From: Caldilineales bacterium
GTDB lineage: Bacteria; Chloroflexota; Anaerolineae; JAAEKA01
Assembly (NCBI GenBank): GCA_025055015.1
Contig: JANWYQ010000210.1
Coordinates: forward strand, 22,223-86,222
Reading direction: 5' to 3'
DNA: 64,000 nt
Position 1 is the stretch's first letter. Every line of letters begins with the position of its first letter. The notes beneath the pieces were generated by a model. It worked only from the letters and a program-made list of their open reading frames with translations, made no database searches and was not told where the DNA came from. Shown here one piece after another: positions 51,333 to 60,797 of this stretch. Position numbers and translations under genes: made by a program.

Positions 51333-52993
51333 GGATGGCCTCGCGACAGTCGGAGCATGGCGCGGATGCCCTCGATCTCGTCGGCGTCGAAGGCGCGCAG
51401 GAGGAAGAGGCCGGCCACGAAGGCCGCCACGCCCAGGCTGCCCAACACGGCCAGCTCGGCCACGGCCAAGGCGGCGCTGGGGGGAGCGCCTCCGGCGGCC
51501 ACCAGCCGCTGCCACGCTGCGTCGCCTGCCAGGAAGACGCCGCCTGCGGCCGCGCAGGCCAGGGCGATCTTGGCCAGGGAGGGCGCCGTGCGTCGCCACC
51601 GAAAATGAGGCCACAGGGCGGCCGTGCCTACGACGAAGATAGCGCCCTCGGCAGCCAGGATTGCCATGGCTACCCCCACGGCGCCCAGGGCCGGGATGGC
51701 CCATGCCGCCACCGCAAAGCCCACCACCAGGCCGAGGGCCAGGCCCAGGGTTTCCAGCCGCTGCTTGCCCAGCGCCACCAGGGTGACGCCGTAGAGCCAG
51801 TTGGGGAAGTAGAGCACGATCACCCAGCCCAGCACCGCGAGCACCTGCGCCGCGCCGGCCAGGTCAATGCGGCTGCCCAGCAGCAGGCGCACCAGGGGGT
51901 CGGCCAGGAAGGTGGCCGCCAGGGCGATGATCAGGCTGATGGCGAAGAAGAGCTTGATGCTCTTGACGAAGGCGGTGTCGAAGTCCTCTGGACGGCTAAC
52001 GGCTCGGTTGCTGAGCACCGGCAGCATGGCCGTGGCGAACGCGGCCGGCACGATGCGCAGCTGCTGCACCGCGCGCAGGGGACCGTACAGGACGCCGTTC
52101 ACTTGCTCGCCCTGGGCCTGGCCCAGCCACAGCACCGTGAGCACCACGCCGGCGCGCCAGATGTAGGTGCGCAGCAGCAGGCTGATCCCCACCGGCACTG
52201 CCTCCACCACCATGCGCCAGGCCAGCCGGGCGTCCTCCCACGCCGGCCCCAGCCGCTGCCCCAGCTCTGGGAGCACCGCGCGCCACGGTCGGCGTCGAAC
52301 CAGCGCAACCGGCAGGCTGACTACGGCCAGGGCCAGCGCGGGCGCCAGGCCCCACATGACCGAGCCAGCGGCGAAGCGCCGACGGCTGATCTGCCACACC
52401 CACAGGAGCTTGGCCGCGTTGGCCACCAGCCGGGCCACGAACACCGCCAGCAGCCCCAGGTCCAGCCACACGACGCCCAGGGTGAGGACCAGCCACAGCA
52501 CCTGGTGGGCGCCCAGGGTCCAGAACTGGTACTCCATGCGCTGGAAGCCGTGGAAGACGCCGTTGTACACGTCCCCCAGCAGCCACAGCACCTGCGCTGC
52601 AAAGTAGATCAGGGTGGCCAGCCAGAGCTGCGGGTCCCGGCTGGTCGCAGCGAGGACCGCCAAAATGGCCAGCACCACGACGCTGAGCAGCAGGCGCACG
52701 GTGAGCGCAGCGCTGACGAAGCGGTCTGCCTCGGCCTTGTGGCGGGAAATCTCGCGGGTCAGGATGCGGTTCAGCCCCAGGTCCACAAACGCAGCGAACA
52801 GCTCGATGAAGCTGACCACGTAGCCGTAGCGGCCCAGGCCGGCCTGGCCCAGGTAGCGGGCCAGGATGCCCACCACCACGATGCTGACCACGGCCTGGAA
52901 GCCAAAGGCGGCCAGCAGCAGGCCGGAGTTGATGGCCACGCGGCGCTCCGGTCGAGGGCCTTCGGCGAAGGAGACGGACAGAGGGTCGGACAT
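51329..52993 (-). CDS. Wzx-like oligosaccharide flippase (MOP/polysaccharide biosynthesis protein family)
   Basis: 14 TM helices with typical Wzx N-terminus. Start at MSDPLSV. Confidence 0.7.
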   Translation of the reverse strand: MSDPLSVSFAEGPRPERRVAINSGLLLAAFGFQAVVSIVVVGILARYLGQAGLGRYGYVVSFIELFAAFVDLGLNRILTREISRHKAEADRFVSAALTVRLLLSVVVLAILAVLAATSRDPQLWLATLIYFAAQVLWLLGDVYNGVFHGFQRMEYQFWTLGAHQVLWLVLTLGVVWLDLGLLAVFVARLVANAAKLLWVWQISRRRFAAGSVMWGLAPALALAVVSLPVALVRRRPWRAVLPELGQRLGPAWEDARLAWRMVVEAVPVGISLLLRTYIWRAGVVLTVLWLGQAQGEQVNGVLYGPLRAVQQLRIVPAAFATAMLPVLSNRAVSRPEDFDTAFVKSIKLFFAISLIIALAATFLADPLVRLLLGSRIDLAGAAQVLAVLGWVIVLYFPNWLYGVTLVALGKQRLETLGLALGLVVGFAVAAWAIPALGAVGVAMAILAAEGAIFVVGTAALWPHFRWRRTAPSLAKIALACAAAGGVFLAGDAAWQRLVAAGGAPPSAALAVAELAVLGSLGVAAFVAGLFLLRAFDADEIEGIRAMLRLSRGHP

Positions 52994-53098
52994 ACGGAAC
53001 CAACGACGAGAAGGAGCTAGGGCCACCAATTCTAGGAGGCGGCAGAATTCGTCCAGTTCGTGAAATGCGTGGCAAGACCCAGGCTTGCGCCAGGCGGG

Positions 53099-54976
53099 TC
53101 AGATCACAAACGCAGCCCGCAGCAAGCTCAGCAGGTCTAGGGCCAACAGCAGGGCCAGGGCCACGGCCAGGCGCCGTGGGCGGCGGTCCAGGTCCAAGGC
53201 GGCGTTCAGGCCTACCAGCAGCAGGCCGGTGATGGGAAAAAGGGCCGGGAACAGGTAGCGCCCCTGGGGCTGCCACGCTCGCCCCAGCATGGGCAGCAGG
53301 GCCTGCAGCAGCGCCAGCGCGGCCGCCAGGAGCCACTGCGGAACGAAACGGGCGGGATCGGCCGGGCTAGCCCCTGGGCTCCCGTTGGGCCGGCCGCTCC
53401 GGCCCCCGCCGATCCACGCCCGCGCCAGGCCGACGAGGGCCACAGCGCACACGGCGGCCAAGGCCACGTACACCGGGATGGGCAACGGGCGATTCAGCCA
53501 GCCGAAGTTGCCCCAGAAGCCGGGGAAGAGGAGGGCGGTGTAGAGGGCATAGCGACCGAGGGCCTCGGGGGTGAGCGCTGCCCCCGGGTCCAGACGCGGG
53601 GCAAACTCCTCCCACCGTCGCTCCAACGGCCTGTAGACCGCTACTTCGACCCAGCGGGCGGGCTGGACGAAGTCGGGATTGCGCAACAGGTTGAGACCCG
53701 GGGACTCGGCGCGACTCAGAGTAGCGCTGTCCAGAAGCAGGCGGCCTGTGCTGGTTGGTTGACCGTCGGTAGGTGCCACAATGAGCTTGACATAGGGGGT
53801 GGCCAGCGCCACGGTGTGGGTCAAGACCACCCGGCGCCATCGGTCGTCCGCCAGGAAGGCCATCTGCGAGTAGTGGGCTGCATCGCGCACCGTTAGGCGG
53901 CCCGGCTGCGGCTGGCCGGTGCCAGAGCGCACGAGAACGCTGGCGACTACCGGCTGCCCCTGCAGCGCCTGAGGAACGCGAACGCTCTGGAACAGGCGGC
54001 CTGTGTCACGACGGGAATGATCGGTTACCTGGGCGCCCCAGCCGTCGGCGCTGTCCGGCAGCGCTATGCGTCCCCGGCCCAGGGGTTGCAGGCGGCCATG
54101 CCAGTGCGCAGGTGCTGCTGAGGGTGCTGCCAGCCAGCCGATCAGCAGGCCAATGATTACCCCCGCAACCAGGAGGACGCGGCCAGGTTGGCGCTGCCAT
54201 GCCTGTAAGCGAACCAACCGGCGACGACCGGCCGCCGCTCCCAGCAGAAGCAGCCAGGGCAGCAGAAACGCGTTGGTCTTCTTGCTGAACAAGGCTATGG
54301 TTAGCAGCAGAAGCACACCCATGGCGCGCGACCAAGACCAACCCAAGCGCTGCAGGCGAGTCAACGCAGCAAAGACCGCCGTGGCGGTTGCCAGGGCCAG
54401 GGCGTCGTTGTTAGCCGAGCCCGAGATAAAGGCCGGCATCGGCAACAGCGCCATGAACAACCCGTGTTGCAAGCCAAAGGAGCCAGCAGCGGCCGTACGG
54501 CCTGACTCCCACGCCCAAACCGTGATTACCCCAGCGAGGCCGAACAGCACTGCGCCGAGCAGCCGCATAGCCAGGAGCTGAGCTTCCGCTGACCAGCCGA
54601 TCCGACAAAGCGCGGCCGGCAGGACATAGTACAGCGGAGGCTCATCGCCGATCTGTTGGCCGGAGCGGACCAGGAAGGGATCGGCGGCAAAGGCAGCGGG
54701 CAAAGGGGAGGGCTGTTCCCGGCCGGTCCGACGCCAAAAATCGGAGCGGTCCAGGCTGGCGATGATCCAGCCCTGAAGAACCGGGGAGCGATCGTCTTTC
54801 TCCGGCGTGCGGCCCAGCTGCGCCATCAGGCAGGCGTACTCCACGTGGCTTGGCTCGTCAGGGGCCTGCCAGGCCGGCACCAGCCACGCGAAGGCTGCGG
54901 CGTGCAAGAGGGCCACATAGAACGCCGCTACTGCCGCTACTATGGAGCCACGGCCGGAGCGCAGGAAGTTGCGCAT
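53099..54976 (-). CDS. GT-C-fold polytopic membrane glycosyltransferase-like protein (ArnT/PMT/DUF2142-like)
   Basis: N-terminal TM, then PDEPSHVEYA loop motif (acidic DE in first periplasmic loop), then >10 TM helices and a C-terminal soluble domain. Start at MRNFLRS. Confidence 0.55.
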   Translation of the reverse strand: MRNFLRSGRGSIVAAVAAFYVALLHAAAFAWLVPAWQAPDEPSHVEYACLMAQLGRTPEKDDRSPVLQGWIIASLDRSDFWRRTGREQPSPLPAAFAADPFLVRSGQQIGDEPPLYYVLPAALCRIGWSAEAQLLAMRLLGAVLFGLAGVITVWAWESGRTAAAGSFGLQHGLFMALLPMPAFISGSANNDALALATATAVFAALTRLQRLGWSWSRAMGVLLLLTIALFSKKTNAFLLPWLLLLGAAAGRRRLVRLQAWQRQPGRVLLVAGVIIGLLIGWLAAPSAAPAHWHGRLQPLGRGRIALPDSADGWGAQVTDHSRRDTGRLFQSVRVPQALQGQPVVASVLVRSGTGQPQPGRLTVRDAAHYSQMAFLADDRWRRVVLTHTVALATPYVKLIVAPTDGQPTSTGRLLLDSATLSRAESPGLNLLRNPDFVQPARWVEVAVYRPLERRWEEFAPRLDPGAALTPEALGRYALYTALLFPGFWGNFGWLNRPLPIPVYVALAAVCAVALVGLARAWIGGGRSGRPNGSPGASPADPARFVPQWLLAAALALLQALLPMLGRAWQPQGRYLFPALFPITGLLLVGLNAALDLDRRPRRLAVALALLLALDLLSLLRAAFVI

Positions 54977-55128
54977 GGGCTCGCAGTATAGCACAGCCGC
55001 AGCCGCTGGGCCAAGCGGCTGCCGCACGACCGTTGGGCAGGGGCGCGGCGGGGTTGGTGGCGCTGTGCAGGCGACGCCGCGCCGGCAAGCGCAAGCCTTG
55101 GTCGCTCCACCGCTGGCGCCGGTGCGCC

Positions 55129-56328
55129 TCACCTCTCGCAGCGTTCCCTCGCCAGGCCTCGGTAGACCTCCTCGATCTGGGAAGCGGCGTGCTCCCAGGT
55201 GAAGCGCTCCAAGACGCGCTGGCGCAGCAGGCGGCCGCGCGCAGCCGCCTGCTCGGGCTCGCTCAGGGCCTGGTAGAGGGCAGCCGCCAGGGCGGCGGGA
55301 TCGCCGAGGGGCGCGTAGTAGCCGAGGTCGCCCAGGTACTCCCGATGCACCGGGGTGTCGAAGGCCGCCACGGGCAGGCCGGCAGCCATGTAGGTGAGCA
55401 GCTTGCCGCTGCCCTCGGTGGCCGAGAGCTTGGGCGCCACGGCCACGTCCCCCACGGCCAGGTAGAGCGGCGCGTCCTCGTAGGGCACCACGCCCGTGAA
55501 GTGGACGTACTCGGCCAGGTCTGCGGCCAGGCGCCGGTAGTGGGCCACGTTGGGGAACCCCATGATCAGACAAAAGGGGGGCGACGGCCGGCGCGCCAGC
55601 AGCCGCAGGCTCTCCAGCAGCAGGTCAATGCCTTGGTAGGGCGCCAGCAAGCCCAGGTAGACGATCACCGGCCGGCCGGCGGGGATGCCCAGCTGTCGGC
55701 GCAGCGCGGCCAGGTGGCCGGCGGGCAGGGTGTCGCGCGGGCGGAAGATGGCCGGGTCTACGCTGTCGGGCAGGGTGTGGACACGGCTGCGGGGAACGCC
55801 GAATTGGTCGGCCAACAGAGCGGCGGCGTGGGCCGAGCTGGCCAGGATGGCGTCGGGGCGGTGGTCAATCCACTGCTCCAGGCGGCGCAGGGCGGGCAAC
55901 ACCGATGAGGTACGTGCAACGAAGCGGTGGTCCACCATCTCGGCGGTCAGGCTGCCCTGGAAGTCGAAGACCAGCGGCGCCCGCACCAGCCGGCTGATGG
56001 CCCAGCCCATCAGGGCACCCTCGTGCAGGAAGGCGTGTACCACGTGAGGCCGGCCGCCGGGGAAGCGCAAGGCTGCGGCCAAGGCAGTGGGCGCCAGCAG
56101 GGCGTCCAGGGCCACCTTCAGCCACGAGGAGCCCACGGGCATCTCCTGGCGGCGGGGCCACAGCGGTGGCCGGCAGGTGGCCAGCCCCTCTACATCCCGT
56201 CCCCCTGGGTAGGTGGCGATGAGCACGGTATGCCCCCGGCGGGCCAGGGCCGCCATCTGCCCGCGGATGCGCACGTGGCAGCCGTAGTCGGCGAAGAAGC
56301 CGGTCGGGGCGATGGCCAGGATGCGCAT
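55129..56328 (-). CDS. Glycosyltransferase family 4 (GT-B, retaining)
   Basis: GT4 C-terminal motif EGSGKLLTYMAAGLPVAAFDTP...E. N-terminal MRILAIAP. Confidence 0.8.
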   Translation of the reverse strand: MRILAIAPTGFFADYGCHVRIRGQMAALARRGHTVLIATYPGGRDVEGLATCRPPLWPRRQEMPVGSSWLKVALDALLAPTALAAALRFPGGRPHVVHAFLHEGALMGWAISRLVRAPLVFDFQGSLTAEMVDHRFVARTSSVLPALRRLEQWIDHRPDAILASSAHAAALLADQFGVPRSRVHTLPDSVDPAIFRPRDTLPAGHLAALRRQLGIPAGRPVIVYLGLLAPYQGIDLLLESLRLLARRPSPPFCLIMGFPNVAHYRRLAADLAEYVHFTGVVPYEDAPLYLAVGDVAVAPKLSATEGSGKLLTYMAAGLPVAAFDTPVHREYLGDLGYYAPLGDPAALAAALYQALSEPEQAAARGRLLRQRVLERFTWEHAASQIEEVYRGLARERCER

Positions 56329-56369
56329 GGGAAGGCAGTTTCCGGGTCAGCGGCGGCTTCCCCGGAAAC

Positions 56370-57155
56370 TCAGAGGTCGGGCGGCTCGCGCCACAGGCGC
56401 AAACGGAAACGCCAGAGCTCGCGAAAGGCGCGGGCGATGACGTGGGGCTTGGCGCCGGTGGGGGAGCCGGCCCGCCGCGGCAGGTGGCTCACCGGCACCT
56501 CGACGATGCGGAAGCCGGCGCGGCGAGAGAGCACCAGCCACTCGGCGCTGAAGGTGGCCCCGCGCGACTGGATGAAAGGCGCCACCCGCTGGAAGGTGGC
56601 GCGGCGCAGCATCTTAAAGGCACAGTCAATGTCGCGGGCGGTGTAGCCGAACAGGAGGGTCACCAGCGCGCTCCAGCCGTGGCCGAACAGCACCCGCAGG
56701 AAGGGGTCGCGCCGCGGCGCGCGATAGCCCGCCACGATGTCGCCTTGGTCCAACAGCGGCACCAGCTTGTCCACCTCCTCCAGCCGGAACTGCCGATCGG
56801 AGTCGGTGAAGAAGATGACCTCTTTGCTGGCGTTGCTGAGCGCGGTGAAGACCGCCGCGCCGTAGCCCTGGTTCACGGCGTGGTCCACGGGCTTGAGCTG
56901 CGGGTACTGCTGCGCCAGCTCCCGCAGCACCTCGCCGGTGCGGTCCTTGCTGCCGTCGTTGGTGACCACGATCTCGAAGTCGGCAAAGCGCGGCTGCATG
57001 GTGGCCACCACGTCGGCGATCATGGCGGGCAGGTTCTCCTCCTCGTTGTAGGCCGGCATGCAGACGGAGAGGCTGAAGGGGTAGGGAACGGGTTGGGTAT
57101 TTGGCTGGGTCACAAAAGGGTTCCTGGCCGGCCTGGGCAGAGCCAGGCCCGGCAT
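56370..57155 (-). CDS. Glycosyltransferase family 2, polyprenyl-phosphate sugar synthase-like (DPM1/GtrB/ArnC-like)
   Basis: LSVCMPAYNEEENL, VVTNDGSKDRT, and DSD motifs. Possibly starts at the GTG at 57113 instead. Confidence 0.8.
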   Translation of the reverse strand: MPGLALPRPARNPFVTQPNTQPVPYPFSLSVCMPAYNEEENLPAMIADVVATMQPRFADFEIVVTNDGSKDRTGEVLRELAQQYPQLKPVDHAVNQGYGAAVFTALSNASKEVIFFTDSDRQFRLEEVDKLVPLLDQGDIVAGYRAPRRDPFLRVLFGHGWSALVTLLFGYTARDIDCAFKMLRRATFQRVAPFIQSRGATFSAEWLVLSRRAGFRIVEVPVSHLPRRAGSPTGAKPHVIARAFRELWRFRLRLWREPPDL

Positions 57156-57317
57156 GGGCGATCGGCTTAGCTTGTGGGCGACGGATCCGAGGGGAAGGGC
57201 GTGCTGGACGAGAGGCGCTCCCGACGTTGATCCTACCGCAGCGCATTGTACGCCACGCAGCGGTCGGCGTCAACACCGCAGCCGTCGCTGAGCAGCGGGA
57301 GGGGCCAACGGCGGCGC

Positions 57318-57587
57318 TCACGGCGTTGGCCCAGGCTGCCGCACCAGCCGTTCCCGATAGCGCCTGCCGCGACGCTTGATCTCCGCTTCTCGCCGCATGG
57401 CCGAGGCTCGATCGGGCTGAGGCTCGTGGTAGACCAGGGCGACGGGCCGCCGGCCGCGCGTGTAGGCAGCCCCGCGGCCGGCGTTGTGCTCCGCCACCCG
57501 GCGGTCTAGGTCGGTGGTCCAGCCGGTGTAGAGGCTGCCGTCGGCGCAGCGCAGAATGTAGACGTAGAAGGTAGCTGGGTCGGCCAT
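57318..57587 (-). CDS. GIY-YIG nuclease-family small protein (UPF0213-like)
   Basis: FYVYILRCADGSLYTGWTTDLDRRVAEHN (GIY..YIG..R..EH). Start at MADPATF. Confidence 0.65.
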   Translation of the reverse strand: MADPATFYVYILRCADGSLYTGWTTDLDRRVAEHNAGRGAAYTRGRRPVALVYHEPQPDRASAMRREAEIKRRGRRYRERLVRQPGPTP

Positions 57588-57711
57588 AGGACAGGGGGAT
57601 TGTAGCACAACCACCTGTCGGCGGCGAAGGCAGCCGTGGCCTCTGCTCGATGTGTCCACCCTGGACGGCCAAGCGGCAGGTCGCCCCTGTCCTGTCCCCA
57701 TAGCCCGGAAC

Positions 57712-57745
57712 TTGACCCAGGGGTGATATTGGCTACAATGCTGCT
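57712..57745 (+). promoter_or_regulatory. Putative sigma70-type promoter TTGACC-16-TACAAT for the sugar ABC operon leader
   Basis: cttgacccaggggtgatattggctacaatg. Confidence 0.4.
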
Positions 57746-57808
57746 GTGGGTCGCGTGGAAAATAACATACGCTTCACGAACGACTTAACTCCTCTTAGGA
57801 AGGAGGCC

Positions 57809-57841
57809 ATGAAGCCCGGCAGCTTCGCACCGAGTACTTAA
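57809..57841 (+). other. 10-codon uORF (MKPGSFAPST) with very strong SD aggaaggagg in the leader of the ABC transporter operon
   Basis: ATG 6 nt after an 8/9 SD match; followed by a ~200-nt leader before the SBP gene. Confidence 0.25.
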
Positions 57842-58046
57842 CCCCCTATCGTTCCATCCCCGTGTAGCTGTTCTTCGGTGATCCACGCCATCTCAGGCTG
57901 CTTCTTCGACCAACCGCGTGTCTTGTTAGGCAGAACGTCCATTGGCGAGCCCAGCCTGGCGATGCCCGATGCGATCACCGGCCAGGTGGTTTTTCGTCAC
58001 CTATCTCACCACCCCCAACTCTCTACAGAAGGAGGAGAGCTCCAAT

Positions 58047-59183
58047 ATGTCTGGCAAGGTTGCTAAACTGGCTGTCTTCTTGGTTCTGGTGGTGTCGGTG
58101 TTGGTCTTGGCCGCCTGCCCTGGCGGCCAGGCCCCGGCGACCACCGGTCAGCAGGGCCAGGGCGGGCTCCAGGTGGGCATCGTCCTGCCCACCAAGGACG
58201 AGCCCCGCTGGCTTCAGGACGAGGCGCGCTTTCGCGAGCTGCTGAAGAACGCCAACGTCTCGGTGGAGATCCTGTTCAGCCAAGGCTCCTCGGCCACCGA
58301 GAAGGCCAACGTGGAGTCGCTGCTGACCAAGGGCGCCAAGGTGATCATCATCACCCCGCACGACGGCGCGGCAGCCGCAGCAGCCGCCGAAGCGGCTCGG
58401 AAGGCCGGCGCCAAGGTCATTTCCTACGACCGCTTGATCTTGGGCACCGACGCCGTGGACTACTACGTGACCTTTGACAGCGTCGCGGTAGGCGAGGCTC
58501 AGGCCAAGTACCTGGTGGAGAAGGTCGGCAACCGCAAGGGCGCGCCCCTCTACCTGTACGCTGGCGCGGCGACCGACAACAACGCCTTCCTCTTCTTCGA
58601 GGGCGCCTGGAACGTGCTGCAGCCCAAGATTGTGGATGGCACCTTCGTGATCAAGAACTCCACGGCGGCTGAGGCGCTCAAGGACAAGCCCAAGCTGACC
58701 CGCGACGAGATGGCGCAGATCATCGGCCAGATCACCACCAACTGGGACTTCAACACCGCCAAGAACCTGGCCGAGGCGAACCTCACCGCTGCCAAGAAGG
58801 AGGACAAGGGCGACGTCTTCATCTTGGCCCCCAACGACGGCACTGCGCGCGCAATCGCCGACGCGTTCGCCGTGGACCCGGACGTCACCAGCTACGTCAT
58901 CACCGGCCAGGACGCGGAGATCGCCTCCGTTCAGTACATCATTGACGGCAAGCAGTCCATGACCGTGCTGAAGGACACCCGCACCCTGGCCAAGGACGCC
59001 ATTGACGCAGCCCTGGCCTTCCTCAACGGCCAGACGCCGCCCAAGACCACCACCTACAACAACCAGAAGATTGATGTGCCGGCCAAGCCCACCGAGGTCA
59101 TCACGGTGGACAAGAGCAACGTCAAGGCGGCCATCATCGACTCCGGCTACTGGCCGGCTGACAAGTTCACCGGCCTGCCATAG
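58047..59183 (+). CDS. Sugar ABC transporter substrate-binding lipoprotein (PBP type I, xylose/ribose-binding-like)
   Basis: Lipobox LAAC. Periplasmic-binding-protein type I fold motifs. RBS ggaggag. Confidence 0.8.
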   Translation: MSGKVAKLAVFLVLVVSVLVLAACPGGQAPATTGQQGQGGLQVGIVLPTKDEPRWLQDEARFRELLKNANVSVEILFSQGSSATEKANVESLLTKGAKVIIITPHDGAAAAAAAEAARKAGAKVISYDRLILGTDAVDYYVTFDSVAVGEAQAKYLVEKVGNRKGAPLYLYAGAATDNNAFLFFEGAWNVLQPKIVDGTFVIKNSTAAEALKDKPKLTRDEMAQIIGQITTNWDFNTAKNLAEANLTAAKKEDKGDVFILAPNDGTARAIADAFAVDPDVTSYVITGQDAEIASVQYIIDGKQSMTVLKDTRTLAKDAIDAALAFLNGQTPPKTTTYNNQKIDVPAKPTEVITVDKSNVKAAIIDSGYWPADKFTGLP

Positions 59184-59265
59184 CCGTCGGCTAGTGTGGG
59201 GCGTAGCGACGCCGACGGCCGTCGCTACGCCCCTTTTCACAATCGCCAGGGGCATCGGAGGTGGT

Positions 59266-60786
59266 ATGGACACGCCGATTCTGGAGATGAGAAACATCAC
59301 CAAGACGTTCCCCGGCGTTAAAGCCTTGGACAACGTCAGCTTTCGCGTCGCCAAGGGGGAGATCCACTGCCTGGTAGGTGAGAATGGCGCCGGCAAATCC
59401 ACCCTGATGAAGGTCCTCAGCGGCGTTTGGCCCTACGGCACCTACGAAGGGGAGATCCTCTTTGAGGGCGAGGTGCAGCGCTTTCGCGGCATTGCCGACA
59501 GCGAGCGAGTAGGCATCGCCATTATCTACCAGGAGCTGGCGCTGGTGCCGGAGATGACGGTCTACGAGAACATCTTCCTGGGCCACGAGGTGCGGCGGGG
59601 GGCCACAGTGGACTGGAACGAGACCGTCAAGCGCGCCCGCGACATCTTGCGCAAAGTGCGGTTGGACGTGAACCCGGCCACCAAGGTTAAGGACCTGGGC
59701 GTGGGCAAGCAGCAGCTGGTGGAGATTGCCAAGGCGCTCAGCAAGAACGTCAAGCTGTTGATCCTGGACGAGCCAACAGCCGCCCTCAACGAGACCGAGA
59801 GCGAGAACCTGCTCAACCTGCTGCGTGAGCTGAACCGGCAGGGGGTCACGTGCATCATGATCTCCCACAAGCTGAAGGAGGTCATCTCCATCGCCGACAC
59901 GGTCACCGTGCTGCGCGACGGACGCACGGTGTGCACCCTGGACGCACGCAAGGGAGAGGTGTCGGAGCCGGTGCTGATCAAGCACATGGTAGGCCGCGAG
60001 ATCGAGAACATCTATCCCAGACGCCAACGCAAGCCCTCCGACCAGGTGGTCTTCGAGGTTAGGAACTGGAGCGCCTACAGCCCGACGTTGGGGCGGCAGA
60101 TCCTCCGCGACGTGAGTTTTCACGTCAAAAGGGGCGAGATCGTAGGGTTTGCCGGCCTGATGGGATCGGGACGCACGGAGCTGGCTCTCAGCCTGTTCGG
60201 CAACGCGCCTCGCTACCAGGTCAAGGGCGAGATCCGCATGGACGGCCAGCCCAAACAGTTCCATCAACCGGCGGACGCGGTGGCTGCGGGCCTAGCCTAC
60301 GTCACCGAGGATCGAAAGGCCAAGGGGCTCATCCTGATCCAGGACGTGAAGTCCAACATCACCCTGGCCAACTTGCGCGAGATTGCCCGGCGCGGGGTGG
60401 TGAACGACAACGCCGAGGTCAAGGTGGCCAACGAATACCGGGTCAGCCTCAACATCAAGACCCCCAGCGTCGAGCAGAAGGTGCGCAACCTGAGCGGCGG
60501 CAACCAGCAGAAGGTGTCGCTGGCCAAGTGGCTGTTTGTGAAGCCTCGGGTGCTCATCCTAGACGAGCCGACGCGCGGCATTGACGTCGGCGCCAAGTTC
60601 GAGATCTACACCCTGATGAACCGGCTGGTGGAACAGGGGATGAGCATCGTCATGATCTCGTCGGAGCTGCCTGAGGTGTTGGGCATGAGCGACCGGGTCT
60701 ACGTGGTGGCTGCGGGCAGGATTGCCGGCGAGCTGCCCATCGAGGCGGCGACCCAGGAAAAGATCATGGAACTGGCGACCGGCTGA
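59266..60786 (+). CDS. Sugar ABC transporter ATP-binding protein (duplicated ABC domains, XylG/MglA/RbsA-like)
   Basis: Two Walker A sites (GENGAGKST, GLMGSGRTE), signature LSGGNQQK, Walker B ILDEPT. Confidence 0.85.
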   Translation: MDTPILEMRNITKTFPGVKALDNVSFRVAKGEIHCLVGENGAGKSTLMKVLSGVWPYGTYEGEILFEGEVQRFRGIADSERVGIAIIYQELALVPEMTVYENIFLGHEVRRGATVDWNETVKRARDILRKVRLDVNPATKVKDLGVGKQQLVEIAKALSKNVKLLILDEPTAALNETESENLLNLLRELNRQGVTCIMISHKLKEVISIADTVTVLRDGRTVCTLDARKGEVSEPVLIKHMVGREIENIYPRRQRKPSDQVVFEVRNWSAYSPTLGRQILRDVSFHVKRGEIVGFAGLMGSGRTELALSLFGNAPRYQVKGEIRMDGQPKQFHQPADAVAAGLAYVTEDRKAKGLILIQDVKSNITLANLREIARRGVVNDNAEVKVANEYRVSLNIKTPSVEQKVRNLSGGNQQKVSLAKWLFVKPRVLILDEPTRGIDVGAKFEIYTLMNRLVEQGMSIVMISSELPEVLGMSDRVYVVAAGRIAGELPIEAATQEKIMELATG

Positions 60787-60797
60787 GGAGGCTCTTT

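Noticed and set aside
51320-51340. Apparent 1-nt discrepancy between printed coordinates and ORF-track coordinates around the flippase/AlkP junction
   Set aside because: Probably my block-counting error, not a biological frameshift. ORF-track coordinates were used, and both genes read through cleanly in the provided translations.
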